DNA of 64,000 bases, taken from the NCBI GenBank assembly GCA_965199855.1, contig OZ241326.1, positions 224,001-288,000 of the forward strand. The letters run 5' to 3'. The translations under genes and the position numbers were made by a program. The notes under the pieces were generated by a model that searched no databases, had not been told where the DNA came from, and was given only the letters and a program-made list of their open reading frames with translations. Shown one piece after another: positions 50,436-60,741 of the stretch; the first letter of the stretch is position 1, and each line of letters begins with the position of its first letter. Origin of the DNA: a bacterium. GTDB taxonomy: Bacteria; UBA8248.

Positions 50436-50861
50436 ATGACCGAAGGCAGGATGACGCTCGACATCGTGACGCCCGAGCGCAAGATCGTCTCCGCCAGGGT
50501 GGACGAGGTGACGGCCCCCGGCTTTTACGGCGAGTTCGGGGCGTTGCCCCGGCACACGCCCTATCTGTGCAGGCTCGGCGTCGGCGTGCTCAGCTACCGC
50601 GTCGGCAGCGCGCGGTATTTCGTCTCGATCGTCGAGGGGTTCGCCGAGGTGGGCCCCGACAGAATTACCATTCTGGCCGAGAGCGCCGAGCGGGCGGAAG
50701 ACATCGATTCGGGCCGCGCCGAGGAATCCCGCAGGCGCGCGCAGGAGCGCATGGCGGGCCGGGCGGAGGAGGAGCGCTTTGACTTCGAGCGGGCGGAAGC
50801 TTCCCTGAGTCGCGCCATCGCCCGCATCTCCGTGGCGCGAGAGAGCGGCCTTGACGGCTGA
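50436..50861 (+). CDS. atpC: ATP synthase F1 subunit epsilon
   Basis: LDIVTPER, GEFGALP.H, GFAEV, L.RA.AR. Confidence 0.95.
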   Translation: MTEGRMTLDIVTPERKIVSARVDEVTAPGFYGEFGALPRHTPYLCRLGVGVLSYRVGSARYFVSIVEGFAEVGPDRITILAESAERAEDIDSGRAEESRRRAQERMAGRAEEERFDFERAEASLSRAIARISVARESGLDG

Positions 50862-51022
50862 CAGGCGCTTCGCATGGGAGCCTCCGGCCCGGACGGGCGA
50901 GCGGGCGGCCCCGTTTTCGTTCGCCGTCGGAGGCGCGCGCCGAAGTTTCCCGCCTCGCTAGGCGCGCTTGTCCCGATGCGCCGCCGGAAGTGAACGCCTT
51001 TATGTTCCCGGGAGGTCGCGCC

Positions 51023-51469
51023 ATGAAAACCCTTTCCGCAGCGGCTTTCGCTCTCATTCTTTCGCTCGCCCCGGCGTCGCCGTCCCATCCGGCGGGAGAC
51101 CCCAAGCCTCCCGCGCCGGACGAGGGGAATTACTCCCTGGGAGAGGAGAGGGCGCGGCAGGGAAAATGGGCGGAAGCCGCGGCGCTGTTCGCAAGGGCGG
51201 CGGAGGAGGACCCGCGGCACTACCGGGCGCTCAACATGCTGGGCTATTCCCTGCGGAGGATGGGGCGGACGAAGGAGGCCCTCGCCGCCTACGACAGGGC
51301 GCTCGCCGTCAAGCCCGACTACGCCCCCGCCCTCGAATACAGGGGCGTCGCCCACGTCATGGCCGGAAACAAGGCGGCCGCCCGGGCGGATTATGAAAAG
51401 CTCAAGAGTTTGGGCTCGCCTCTCGCCGCGGATTTGCGGGAGAAGATTATGGCCATGCCGGCCAACTGA
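51023..51469 (+). CDS. Secreted TPR protein
   Basis: Signal peptide; TPR units (ALNMLGYSLR, ALEYRG); GGAGG RBS. Confidence 0.85.
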   Translation: MKTLSAAAFALILSLAPASPSHPAGDPKPPAPDEGNYSLGEERARQGKWAEAAALFARAAEEDPRHYRALNMLGYSLRRMGRTKEALAAYDRALAVKPDYAPALEYRGVAHVMAGNKAAARADYEKLKSLGSPLAADLREKIMAMPAN

Positions 51470-51481
51470 TCATAAATTCGC

Positions 51482-51520
51482 CAAAACCGCCCCGGGCCAA
51501 GAGTCCCCGGGGCGGTTTTG
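51482..51520. terminator. Rho-independent (likely bidirectional) terminator
   Basis: CAAAACCGCCCCGGG-N9-CCCGGGGCGGTTTTG between convergent genes. Confidence 0.8.
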
Positions 51521-51665
51521 CTTGTGGGCCGCGGCGCGCCCGAACGCCTTGGCGTTCCGTCGTGATTCGGGACGGAATCCGCCCGCGCCTTCGAGGAGAG
51601 CCCCGGCCTTATCCATCGGCTTCCGCGCGGAGACCCGGCATGAAGGGCAGGCGCTTCCCTTTTCG

Positions 51666-52856
51666 CTATATCCGCATGAACTTCATGGGGAACTTCTGGA
51701 GCGAGCGCGCCCCCGTCCTGGTGATTTCCACGAGGTTGCCCGCCTGGAGGCCGCGCTTTCCGTCCATGGTGCAGACGTTGGGCTGAATCACCATGAGCAT
51801 CCCTTCCCGGAAGGTGATCTCGTTCTGGGGACGCTTGATGAGGGCGGCGTCAACGTCGATTCGGGGGTTTTCGATGAGGAGGCCCCAGCCGTGGAAGGTG
51901 GCGTCGAAGGTGGTGAAGCCCTCCTCTTGGATGACTGCGCCCGCGCGCCTGACGTCCTCGTGCGTCGCGCCCGGCCGGAGCGCCCTGAATATCCGCTCAT
52001 ACGCCTCGACGGCCACCTCGTAGAGCTTCCGGTAGATGGCCGTCGGCGCGGCTCCCACGGAGATGGGGCGGTGCGCCTGGCCCGGGTGCATTTCATAGTC
52101 GGCGGAGAGCTCCGTCAGCACGACGTCGCCTTTTCGGATTTTCCGGTGGGAGGGGAACTGGTTGGGAAAGATGAGGCGCGGCCGCGCCATGGACGTGGAG
52201 CCCACGAAGATGAGCTGCGGGCTTCCGCCCCTGGGAACGTATGCGCCCGAGATGAGGGCGGCGAGCTCGAACTCGCTCATGCCCGTCCTCGCTTTTTTCT
52301 CCAGCGCCTCGAAGGCCATGTCCGTCAGCGCCGCTCCGCGCCTGAACCATTTGAGCTCCTCCGGGCTCTTGACGAGCCGCGCGTCCGCCAGGATGTCCGA
52401 GGCGTCCGTGAACCGCGCGCCCCTCAAGGCCTTTCGCCAGTGATCCACCACGCCGTAGGGCATCGACACCGGCAGGATGCCGCGAAAGCCGACCAGGCCG
52501 ATGACGCCCTTCGCAAGCCCCAGCTCTCGGATGCGCCGCTCCACCTTCGGGCCCGGCTCGTAGTCCACGGCCTCGGTCTTCTCGATGACGCTCATCTTTT
52601 TCGCGTAGGGGAGATAGAGCCGGTTCGATATGAAGAGAGCGGGCGCGCCCTTGAGTGGAAAGACGAAGAAGCTGCTCACCGGGTCCTTGTAGTTCGTGAC
52701 GTATTTGAGATTGGCCTGGTTGCCGCCCTGCATTCCGGAATCGCCATAGAATACGAGCGCGTCGATTCCCCCCGCGCGCATCCTTTTTCTGATCTCCCGG
52801 TAGCGGCGCGCGTATTCGGCCTGCGGATAGCGCGGATAGTCTTTCGCCGAGGCCAT
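51666..52856 (-). CDS. M24 (Xaa-Pro peptidase/creatinase-like) family protein
   Basis: EYARR..IR..M, VKSPEEL, LRPG, HGWGL; canonical metal ligands degenerate. Confidence 0.85.
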   Translation of the reverse strand: MASAKDYPRYPQAEYARRYREIRKRMRAGGIDALVFYGDSGMQGGNQANLKYVTNYKDPVSSFFVFPLKGAPALFISNRLYLPYAKKMSVIEKTEAVDYEPGPKVERRIRELGLAKGVIGLVGFRGILPVSMPYGVVDHWRKALRGARFTDASDILADARLVKSPEELKWFRRGAALTDMAFEALEKKARTGMSEFELAALISGAYVPRGGSPQLIFVGSTSMARPRLIFPNQFPSHRKIRKGDVVLTELSADYEMHPGQAHRPISVGAAPTAIYRKLYEVAVEAYERIFRALRPGATHEDVRRAGAVIQEEGFTTFDATFHGWGLLIENPRIDVDAALIKRPQNEITFREGMLMVIQPNVCTMDGKRGLQAGNLVEITRTGARSLQKFPMKFMRI

Positions 52857-52888
52857 GTCTGGCGTCTCCCCGGAGGCCGGAGGGCGCG

Positions 52889-53896
52889 CTATTCCTTCAG
52901 CGCGGGCATGAGCTCATCGGAAATGAGCCGCGCGCTTTCCAGCGCGGAGGAGGCGGGCATCCCGATCCAGCTCGTGCGGATGATGAGGTGGTTCACGCCC
53001 ATGTCCCTGTAGGGCCTGAGCTGCGCGAAGCATTCCTCCGGCGAGCCGATGACGAAGCGATCCTTCAGCAGCGCCTCGAAGGGCTGATCGAAGGTCTCAT
53101 CCTCCGGCAGCGCCTTGTCCTGCCCCCAGCGGGCGTAGTCCCTGTATTTCTGGCCGAGATAGGGGCCGGCGAGTTCGAGCGCCGTTTTTCGGTCCTTGGC
53201 GCAGAACACCTCCTTCATGCAGGGGAGCTCCTTCGGGAAGGGCTTGCCCGCCTCAGCCAGACCCTCGCGGTAGATGCTCATCTGCCGCTCGATGGTCCGC
53301 GTGGTGGCGTGGGGGTTGATGAAGAGCGTGTCGCCCAAGTGCGCCGCCCGCTTCACGGCCGGGTCGCTGTTCGCCGCGAACCAGATGGGCGGATGGGGCT
53401 TCTGCACCGGGCGCATGTTCAGGCGCGCGTTCTCGAGCCGGCAGTATTCGCTCTCGAACGACACGGCCTCCTCCGTCCACAGGCGCTTCACCAGCTCCAG
53501 GCAGTCCGTGAAGCGCTTCACCCGCTCGCCGCGCCGGACGCCGAAGGCGTCGAACTCAACGCCGCGGTAGCCCAGGCCGACGCCGAACGCCATGTTTCCC
53601 TCCGCGATGACGTCCATGGTGGCGACGGTCTCCGCCACGTAGACCGGGTTGTGAAGGTTGATGAGCAGAACGCCGATGCCCAGCGTCATGTCGCCCGCCT
53701 CGGCCTTCAGGCGCGCCAGAAAGGGGAGGTTCTGAAGGTGCTGGACATCGCCCTCGCTCAGGTAGTGCTGGCCGGTGAAGAAGGAGTCCCAGCCCTTGTC
53801 GCGCGCCAGGCGAACCAGGGCTATCTGATCGTGGAGAGCCTCGACCAGATTGGCGTCCAGGGTCTGCTGCGCCGAGAGAAAGATGCCGAATTTCAT
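52889..53896 (-). CDS. LLM class flavin-dependent oxidoreductase
   Basis: GQHY, NPVYVAE.VAT.D, GLGYR..EF, PVQKPHPPIW. Confidence 0.92.
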   Translation of the reverse strand: MKFGIFLSAQQTLDANLVEALHDQIALVRLARDKGWDSFFTGQHYLSEGDVQHLQNLPFLARLKAEAGDMTLGIGVLLINLHNPVYVAETVATMDVIAEGNMAFGVGLGYRGVEFDAFGVRRGERVKRFTDCLELVKRLWTEEAVSFESEYCRLENARLNMRPVQKPHPPIWFAANSDPAVKRAAHLGDTLFINPHATTRTIERQMSIYREGLAEAGKPFPKELPCMKEVFCAKDRKTALELAGPYLGQKYRDYARWGQDKALPEDETFDQPFEALLKDRFVIGSPEECFAQLRPYRDMGVNHLIIRTSWIGMPASSALESARLISDELMPALKE

Positions 53897-53999
53897 GCCC
53901 GAACCTCAAAGAAAGCGCTTCGTCATTCAAGGCGCGAAAAGGAAAGCCGCGGGGGCGCCTAGGACGCGCCCCCGCGGCCCGATACAAACGGCGTTCAGC

Positions 54000-55529
54000 C
54001 TAGTTGCTGCCGAGCACCTCGATCTCCCAAGGTAGCAGCGTCTCGTCGTGGCGCGGGGTCCACTTCAGATTCGAGCGGTGGCCGAGCACGTCGTGAATCT
54101 TCACGACGATCTTGTGCGTGGCCAGCGCCTTCATCTTGTCGGTTACGGCCTCAAAGGCGGCCTGTTGCTCTTTCGTGTCGACGGTGGCGTTGGCCTTGTC
54201 GATCAGTTTGTCCAGTTCGGGGAAGCACATGCCGCTCCAAGCCCCTTTGCAGCTCGAGGTTCCGCGAAGGACGCCGGAAGAGTCGCCCCCGCCGTTGCCG
54301 AAGCCCATGTAGTAGGCCGCTGCTCCTTTTTTCTTGCCGGCCTTGTAGGCGCGATGGAGCTTCTTGAAGAGCGGGAAGCGCTGGGAGTTGCAGGTGGCGT
54401 CCACGCCGACTTTCTTGATCATGCCGGCGAAGGCCTCGCAGGTGGCCTTGTCGCCCGGATAGCGGCCGTTCGTGGCGATGACTTCCATCTTGAAGCCCTT
54501 CGGATAGCCGGCTTCCTTGAGGAGCGCCTTCGCCTTGGCCGGGTCGTAGCCGTACCACTTCTTGTTCGGGTTGTAGCCCGAGTAGTTCCAGGGGTGGAGC
54601 ATCTGGCCGAAGAGGTCCGCGCGCCCGCCCAGGATGGTCGTTCGCACCGCTTCCGCGTCCAGGGCGTAGTTGATCGCCCTGCGCACCTTCACGTCGGCCA
54701 TCGGGCCGCCGTGTCTCGTGAAGAAGCCCATGTGCATGATGCGCACGGCGGGAACGATGGCGACCTTCGTCCTCGGGTTCTTCTGAAGTTGCGGGATGAA
54801 CTGAGGCATGATGCCCCAGGCCACGTCAATTTCGCCCGCCTGAAGCGCCTTGGCGCGCGTGGCGCTCTCGCGGATGCGACGGAGCACGATGCGCTGCGGC
54901 CGCTTCGGGAAGTTCTTGTTGTTCCACCATTGGGGGTTCGCCTCGAAAACCATCTTCTGGCCCTTCGTCCAGGACTTCAGGATGTAGGGGCCCGTGCCGT
55001 AGGTGTTGCGCGAGATTTTGGCGACGTCCATGCCCTTGGTCTTCAGACTGATGGCGCCGGCCCAGCGGGTCAGGCGGTTCCACATGCCGCTGTCCGGCTG
55101 CTTGTTGTGGTAGATGAAGGTGTGGTCGTCAATGATCTCGATTTTGTCGAAGTTTTTGAAATACGTCCTCTGGCGCGCGGAACTCGTGACGCGGCTGAGC
55201 GTATACTTGACGTTCTCGGCGGTAAGGCGCGTGCCGTCTGTGAATTTCACGCCCTTTCGCAGATGGAACTTCGTGCTTTTGGGGGTCATTTTCACCCACT
55301 TGGTGGCGAGCCAAGGCTTTTTCGCGCCCGTGCCCGTCTCGGCGTGAAGAAGGGTGTCGTAGCTCCAGCGCCAGACCATCGCGCCGATGAAGTTCGAGGT
55401 CCGGTGCGGGTCCATCGTCGGGGGTTCGCCCGTCAGGGCGATGGTGACCGTGCTTTTCGCATCGGCCTTCATGGGCGCGCCCACCGCCAGGATGGCGAAA
55501 GCGGCCAGGACTACGAGAAATTTCCGCAT
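54000..55529 (-). CDS. ABC transporter substrate-binding protein, family 5 (peptide/nickel)
   Basis: Signal peptide, MDPH, LRKGVKFTDG, GTGPY, VRRAINYALD, YDPAKAKALL.EAG. Confidence 0.93.
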   Translation of the reverse strand: MRKFLVVLAAFAILAVGAPMKADAKSTVTIALTGEPPTMDPHRTSNFIGAMVWRWSYDTLLHAETGTGAKKPWLATKWVKMTPKSTKFHLRKGVKFTDGTRLTAENVKYTLSRVTSSARQRTYFKNFDKIEIIDDHTFIYHNKQPDSGMWNRLTRWAGAISLKTKGMDVAKISRNTYGTGPYILKSWTKGQKMVFEANPQWWNNKNFPKRPQRIVLRRIRESATRAKALQAGEIDVAWGIMPQFIPQLQKNPRTKVAIVPAVRIMHMGFFTRHGGPMADVKVRRAINYALDAEAVRTTILGGRADLFGQMLHPWNYSGYNPNKKWYGYDPAKAKALLKEAGYPKGFKMEVIATNGRYPGDKATCEAFAGMIKKVGVDATCNSQRFPLFKKLHRAYKAGKKKGAAAYYMGFGNGGGDSSGVLRGTSSCKGAWSGMCFPELDKLIDKANATVDTKEQQAAFEAVTDKMKALATHKIVVKIHDVLGHRSNLKWTPRHDETLLPWEIEVLGSN

Positions 55530-55643
55530 CGGGTTTCCTCCTTCGGGAAGGGATGGGTTCAAAGCCTGCTTCGGCGACACTCGAGAATCCTCTCGCGTGG
55601 TCTTCCGGTGATATTTTGGTTCTTTCCCTATGTCGGATGCCCC

Positions 55644-55673
55644 AATCTATCACGAACGCGGGCGAGGCGTCAA
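55644..55673 (-). promoter_or_regulatory. sigma70-like promoter for the SBP gene
   Basis: TTGACG-N18-TAGATT with an extended TG. Confidence 0.5.
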
Positions 55674-55792
55674 AGCATAAAGCGCGGTTTTTTCGCGCGC
55701 GCCTTTCCTTGTGAATTCGCGCGCGCCGCGCGTATATTCTCCATGTTTCCGGATTCGTGAATATGCGCGGGCTTTCGGCGGGAGGGCTTCTC

Positions 55793-56968
55793 ATGGCGGC
55801 GGAAAGCGTCATCGGCTCGTGGTTCCGGTATTTCCCCGAGCACTATCTGTGGTCGCAGGTGATGTGCGGACAAATCAGCGTCGCTCCGATGGGAGGCTCG
55901 AACTTCCAGGAGCTGGACCAGATCGGAAGGCGGCTGCGCGGACGCGAGGGCGACGCCGAAGCCTGGCGCGAGGCCTGGGAATGGATGGCGGACAAGACCC
56001 TGGCGCGCGCCGGGGAGGAGGAGCGCAGGGGCCACGCGCAGACCTCGATGGCGGCCTACGTGCGAAGCGCGATGTACCGCTATGCGAGCGAGCGCTTCGT
56101 GCATCCCGATAATCCGCGAAAGGCGGAATCCTACAGGAAGCTTCTCCCCCACTACGAGAAGGGGATGAAGCATCGCGTCCCCGGCTTTCAGCGCGTGGAG
56201 GTTCCCTACGAGGAGGGCGCGCTGCCGGCGTATCTGCTTCCGCCTGTGAACCCGACCGGCCGAGACCCCTACGTCGTCTTTTTCGACGGGCTGGACGGCT
56301 CCAAGGAGATCACCGTTCTGTGGGGCGGACTCGCCCTGACGGAGCGCGGCGTCGGCGTTCTCTGCGTGGACGGGCCGGGACAGGGGGAGACGCTCAGGCT
56401 TCGGGGGATTCCGAGCCGCCCCGACTACGAGGCGGCCGGGACGGCGGCTTTCGATTTTCTGGACGCGCGGCCCGAGGCGGACTCCGCGCGCATCGGCCTC
56501 ATGGCGATGAGCATGGGAGGCTACTACGCGCCGCGCGTCGCCGCTTTCGAGCATCGCTACGCGGCGTGCCTCGCCTGGGGGGCGCATTTCGATTATCACG
56601 AGGTCTGGGTTCACAGAAGGCGGGTGCTGGAAGGCGGCGGCACCGTGGCCTCTTCCGCCATCTGGCAGCTGCCCTGGGTGCTGGGGACGCCGGACATGGA
56701 TTCGGCCATGGAGAAATGCAGGGCCTACACGCTGGCGGGCGTCGCGGAGAAGATGCGAATGCCCGTCTGCATCGTCCATGGGCGCGACGACAACATCGTG
56801 CCGGTCGAGATGGCCCACAGGCTCTACGAAGCCTGCGGATCGAAGGAGAAGGAGCTCAAAATCTTCACCGTCGAGGACGGCGGCAGCCAGCACTGCGTCT
56901 TCGACAACCTGCCGATGTGCGGCGCCTGGATCGCGGACTGGTGGATGGACAGGCTCGCCGCCGCGTAG
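55793..56968 (+). CDS. Alpha/beta hydrolase, FrsA/2,6-dihydroxypseudooxynicotine hydrolase-like
   Basis: GLDGSKE, DGPGQGE, AMSMGGYYAPR, HGRDD, GGSQHC. Confidence 0.85.
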   Translation: MAAESVIGSWFRYFPEHYLWSQVMCGQISVAPMGGSNFQELDQIGRRLRGREGDAEAWREAWEWMADKTLARAGEEERRGHAQTSMAAYVRSAMYRYASERFVHPDNPRKAESYRKLLPHYEKGMKHRVPGFQRVEVPYEEGALPAYLLPPVNPTGRDPYVVFFDGLDGSKEITVLWGGLALTERGVGVLCVDGPGQGETLRLRGIPSRPDYEAAGTAAFDFLDARPEADSARIGLMAMSMGGYYAPRVAAFEHRYAACLAWGAHFDYHEVWVHRRRVLEGGGTVASSAIWQLPWVLGTPDMDSAMEKCRAYTLAGVAEKMRMPVCIVHGRDDNIVPVEMAHRLYEACGSKEKELKIFTVEDGGSQHCVFDNLPMCGAWIADWWMDRLAAA

Positions 56969-57043
56969 GCGCCGTCCGCTTCCGGCGGAGGCTTCGGGAT
57001 TCCGGAAGCCCCGCCTTCGCCCCGTTCACGAAAGGAGAAGGGA

Positions 57044-57448
57044 ATGGCGGAGGAGACGAGAGAGGAAAAGGTGAGGCGCATCACGGAGAAGATTCACGGC
57101 GACAGGGGCTTCGTGTATGACGTGCTCGGCTTCGGGGCGCGGCTGGATCCGGATTATTTCGAGGTCTATTCGCAGATGCACTGGGGCTTCTTCAAGGAGG
57201 AGCCGCGCCACTTGGACCCCAAGACGCGCGAACTCATCGAAATCGGCCTGCTCGCCTTCAGGGGCATGAAGCACGAGGTCTATACCCACACGAAGAAAGC
57301 GCTGCGCCTGGGCGCGACGATGGAGGAGGCGCTCGAGGCCTTCGAGGTGGCGAGCATCGGCGGGGGCGCGCCCGTGCTGATGGAGGGCCTGTACGCCCTC
57401 AAGCGCATCGCCGACGAGCAGGCCGAGGAGGAGCGCGCGAACGCCTGA
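57044..57448 (+). CDS. Carboxymuconolactone decarboxylase family protein
   Basis: LDPKTRELI, H...ALRLGAT.EE..EA, GG.P. Confidence 0.88.
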   Translation: MAEETREEKVRRITEKIHGDRGFVYDVLGFGARLDPDYFEVYSQMHWGFFKEEPRHLDPKTRELIEIGLLAFRGMKHEVYTHTKKALRLGATMEEALEAFEVASIGGGAPVLMEGLYALKRIADEQAEEERANA

Positions 57449-57542
57449 TCGCTCGCTGGTCAGGCGAGGGGATTCGTGAGAGCCTCGGCCGTGGAGTCTC
57501 CCGAACAGGAAAAGCCACCCTCTCGATCAAGGAGAGCGTCTT

Positions 57543-58511
57543 TTGGCCCCGGGGAAAGCGTCTTTGACCGATGCGCGGATGCAGGAGATGTATCGCGCCA
57601 TGCTGCGCATCCGAAGGTTCGAGGAAACGGCCTTCGATCTGTTCGAGAAGGGCGAAGTGGTGGGCGGCATCCACGTGAGCGTCGGGCAGGAGGCATGCTC
57701 GGTCGGGGCGTGCGGCGCGCTCAGGGAGGACGACGCGATTCTCACCACCCACCGGGGACACGGCCACTCCATCGCCAAGGGAACGCGCCTGCCCGAGATG
57801 ATGGCGGAGCTTCTGGGCAAGGCGACCGGCCTTTGCCACGCCAAGGGCGGCTCCATGCACATCGCCGACGTGTCGAAGGGACACTACGGGGCGCACTCCA
57901 TCGTCGGCTCGAACATGCCCATGGCGGTGGGCATCGGCCTGGCCTTTCACTTCGAGGGCAGGGGACAGGCGGCGGTCGCCTTCTTCGGAGACGGCGCGGC
58001 GAACGAGGGCAGCTTCCATGAATCCATGAACCTGGCCTCGATATGGAAGCTTCCCGTCGTCTTCTTCTGCGAGAACAATCATTTCGCCTCGAGCACCCGG
58101 GTGGGATACGCCACCTCGGTGGCGGACATCAGCGCGCGGGCGGGAGGCTACGGCATGCCCGGCGCGACCGTGGACGGCATGGACGTGCTGGCGGTTCACG
58201 AGGTGATGGCCGAGGCCGTGGCCCGCGCCCGCGGGGGGGCGGGCCCCAGCCTGATCGAGGCGAAAACCTATCGCTATTTCGGCCATTCGAGAAAGGACCC
58301 CCGCTTCGGGCTCTACAGGACGGAGGAGGAGTGGAGCGAGTGGAAGGAGAAGGATCCGCTCCTCCTGGCGGAGAGAATCCTGGGGGTGAGCGAGGCGCAG
58401 AAAAAGGCGCACCTGGAGGCGGTGGAAGAGGAGTTGCGCGAGGCGCTCGCCTTCGCGGAGGCGAGCCCCGAGCCCGCGCCCGAAGCCGTGTTTGAGGATC
58501 TCTATGCCTGA
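57543..58511 (+). CDS. ThDP-dependent dehydrogenase E1 alpha (AcoA/PdhA-like)
   Basis: GQEA, THRGHGH, KGGSMH, GDGAANEG..ENN, TYRYFGHS. Confidence 0.92.
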   Translation: MAPGKASLTDARMQEMYRAMLRIRRFEETAFDLFEKGEVVGGIHVSVGQEACSVGACGALREDDAILTTHRGHGHSIAKGTRLPEMMAELLGKATGLCHAKGGSMHIADVSKGHYGAHSIVGSNMPMAVGIGLAFHFEGRGQAAVAFFGDGAANEGSFHESMNLASIWKLPVVFFCENNHFASSTRVGYATSVADISARAGGYGMPGATVDGMDVLAVHEVMAEAVARARGGAGPSLIEAKTYRYFGHSRKDPRFGLYRTEEEWSEWKEKDPLLLAERILGVSEAQKKAHLEAVEEELREALAFAEASPEPAPEAVFEDLYA

Positions 58512-59502
58512 GGCGAAGACGCGATCCATCTCATACGCGGCGGCGCTCAACGAGGCGCTCCACGAGGAGATGGCGCGCGATGAAAAGGTTTTCCTGATGG
58601 GAGAGGACGTGGCGCTCTCCGCCATCTCTCCCGCGACGGCGGGCCTGGGCGAGCGGTTCGGCCCCGAGCGCGTTCGCAACACGCCGATAAGCGAGCTGGG
58701 CTTCACCGGCGCCGCCGTCGGCGCGGCGATGGCGGGCTATCGGCCCGTTCTCGACATGCGGCGCATCGACTTCATGATGCTGGCGATCGACCCGATCGCG
58801 AACCAGGCGGCCAAGCTGCGCTACATGCTCGGCGGCCAGGTGAGCGTCCCCCTGGTGATCCGCGCGCCCGAGGGCGGCGGCGTCCAGAACGGCCCCACGC
58901 ACAGCCAGTGCCTGGAGGCTTGGTTCATCCAGGTGCCGGGCCTGCGCGTCGTGGTGCCGAGCGATCCGGCGGACGCCAAGGGGCTTTTGAAGTCCGCCAT
59001 ACGGGAGGACAACCCCGTGCTGTTCGTGGAGTATCGCTCGCTCTATTCCGTGGAAGGCCCCGTGCCCGAGGGGGACTGGACGACGCCCATCGGCGAGGCG
59101 GCGGTGAAGAGAGAGGGGGCGGACATCACCCTCATCGGCGTAGGGAGCCAGGCGCGCAACTGCCTGGAGGCTGCGGACGCCCTCGCGCGGGAGGGAATCG
59201 ACGCCGAGGTGGCCGACCCCAGAACCATCAATCCGCTCGACGTGGAAGGGCTCGCGGCCTCCGTCCGAAAGACCGGGGCGTGCGTGATAGCCGAGGAGGG
59301 ACACAGAAGCGGGGGAGTGGGCGCGGAAATCGCCGCCTCGCTCCAGGAGGCGGCCTTCGGCGCGCTCCAGGCGCCCGTCGCGCGCGTGGCGGCGCTGGAC
59401 GTGCCCGTACCCGTTCACGCGAAGCTGGAGGCGATCGTCCTGCCCAGCGCGGAGAAAATCCTGAAGGCGGCGAAGCGGACCCTGGCCGCCGCGGGGCGAT
59501 AG
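58504..59502 (+). CDS. ThDP-dependent dehydrogenase E1 beta
   Basis: GEDV, NTPISE, HSQ, AKGLLKSAI..DNPV. Confidence 0.92.
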   Translation: MPEAKTRSISYAAALNEALHEEMARDEKVFLMGEDVALSAISPATAGLGERFGPERVRNTPISELGFTGAAVGAAMAGYRPVLDMRRIDFMMLAIDPIANQAAKLRYMLGGQVSVPLVIRAPEGGGVQNGPTHSQCLEAWFIQVPGLRVVVPSDPADAKGLLKSAIREDNPVLFVEYRSLYSVEGPVPEGDWTTPIGEAAVKREGADITLIGVGSQARNCLEAADALAREGIDAEVADPRTINPLDVEGLAASVRKTGACVIAEEGHRSGGVGAEIAASLQEAAFGALQAPVARVAALDVPVPVHAKLEAIVLPSAEKILKAAKRTLAAAGR

Positions 59503-59505
59503 CCC

Positions 59506-60486
59506 CTATTGCGCGACGACGGGGTTTCTCAAAACGCCCAGGTGCTCGACCTCGCACTCCACCACGTCGCCCGGTCTGAGCAGAAACGGCTCCGGGTCTT
59601 CCCGCTCGAGGGCCACCCCGCAGAACGTTCCCGATGAGATGATGTCGCCGGGCTCCAGCGACATCTGGCTGTAGAAGGCGACGAGCTCGGGTATCTTGAA
59701 GATCATGTCGGTCAGGCGCTCGTCCTGCCGCGTTTCGCCGTTCACCCGGCACTGCACGCGGAGCGATTCAGGGTTCGGCGCCTCGTCCGCGGTGACGAGG
59801 CAGGGGCCGATGGGGTTGGTGGCGTCGAAGTTCTTTCCCAGAAACACGCCGCCCAGCGCGGGGTCTCTCTGCACCTCGCGCGCCGTGATGTCGTTGTAGA
59901 CCGTATAGCCCATGATGACGTCGAAGGCGCGCTCCGGCTTCACGTCCTTGCAGTATGCGCCGATGACGATGCCCACCTCCGCCTCGTAGTCCAGCATCCG
60001 GGTCTGCTTCGGATAGAGCACGGGCTCCTCGTGGCCGATGAGCGATGTGTCGAAGCGCGGCGCGCCGGGCACGTTTGCGGGAACCGCGTGCCCCGTGTTC
60101 GCCACGTGCTTGTGCGAGTTCAGCCCGGTGTGGAAAAACTTGCCCGGGTGCGGAATCGGCGCCCGGAGCCGAACGTGCCTGCTTTTGAGGGCGGCGAGTT
60201 CTCCGTCCGGCCCCGCCGGCTCTCCGCCGGCCTCAATCGCCGCCTCCGCGTGGTCGAGCGCCGCGCGCGCGGCGGCCAGGGCCGGCTCCCCGCCGCATAG
60301 GAAATCGCGCATGTCCCTCGGAATCCGCGCGTTCGCCATGGCGTAGGGGCGTCCCTCCCCCTCTTTTTCCGCGAGCAGGCCCGCGTAGGCGAGCCGCAGG
60401 TCGAGCATCCTCCCGTCGGCCAAGACGGCTCCCAGACGGTCTCCCGCGGCTCCCGGCGAGAGATTCCTGTAGGTGGCGAGCTTCAT
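59506..60486 (-). CDS. Fumarylacetoacetate hydrolase family protein
   Basis: GLN...H, LDYEAE, NDITARE, GKNFD, PGDIISSGT. Confidence 0.92.
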   Translation of the reverse strand: MKLATYRNLSPGAAGDRLGAVLADGRMLDLRLAYAGLLAEKEGEGRPYAMANARIPRDMRDFLCGGEPALAAARAALDHAEAAIEAGGEPAGPDGELAALKSRHVRLRAPIPHPGKFFHTGLNSHKHVANTGHAVPANVPGAPRFDTSLIGHEEPVLYPKQTRMLDYEAEVGIVIGAYCKDVKPERAFDVIMGYTVYNDITAREVQRDPALGGVFLGKNFDATNPIGPCLVTADEAPNPESLRVQCRVNGETRQDERLTDMIFKIPELVAFYSQMSLEPGDIISSGTFCGVALEREDPEPFLLRPGDVVECEVEHLGVLRNPVVAQ

Positions 60487-60741
60487 GGGCGTTTCCCCCT
60501 TGCGAGCGATGGGCCGGAAAACCAGGAATCGCGCGCCTGCGCGCGCCGCGAGCCTTCATCCTACAGAACGAAGGCGCGGATTGTCCATGAGGCGGGACGC
60601 GGAGCGGAGCCGCCCGGGAAGCGCGAACGCGGAAGGAGGCGCCGCGCCCGCGCTTGACGACTTGGCGAAAGCGGGGGATAAATAGCCTTTCACGCGAAGT
60701 CGATGCGTTCGTTCGCGGCCGCTTCTCGTCGGGGTTCCGCC

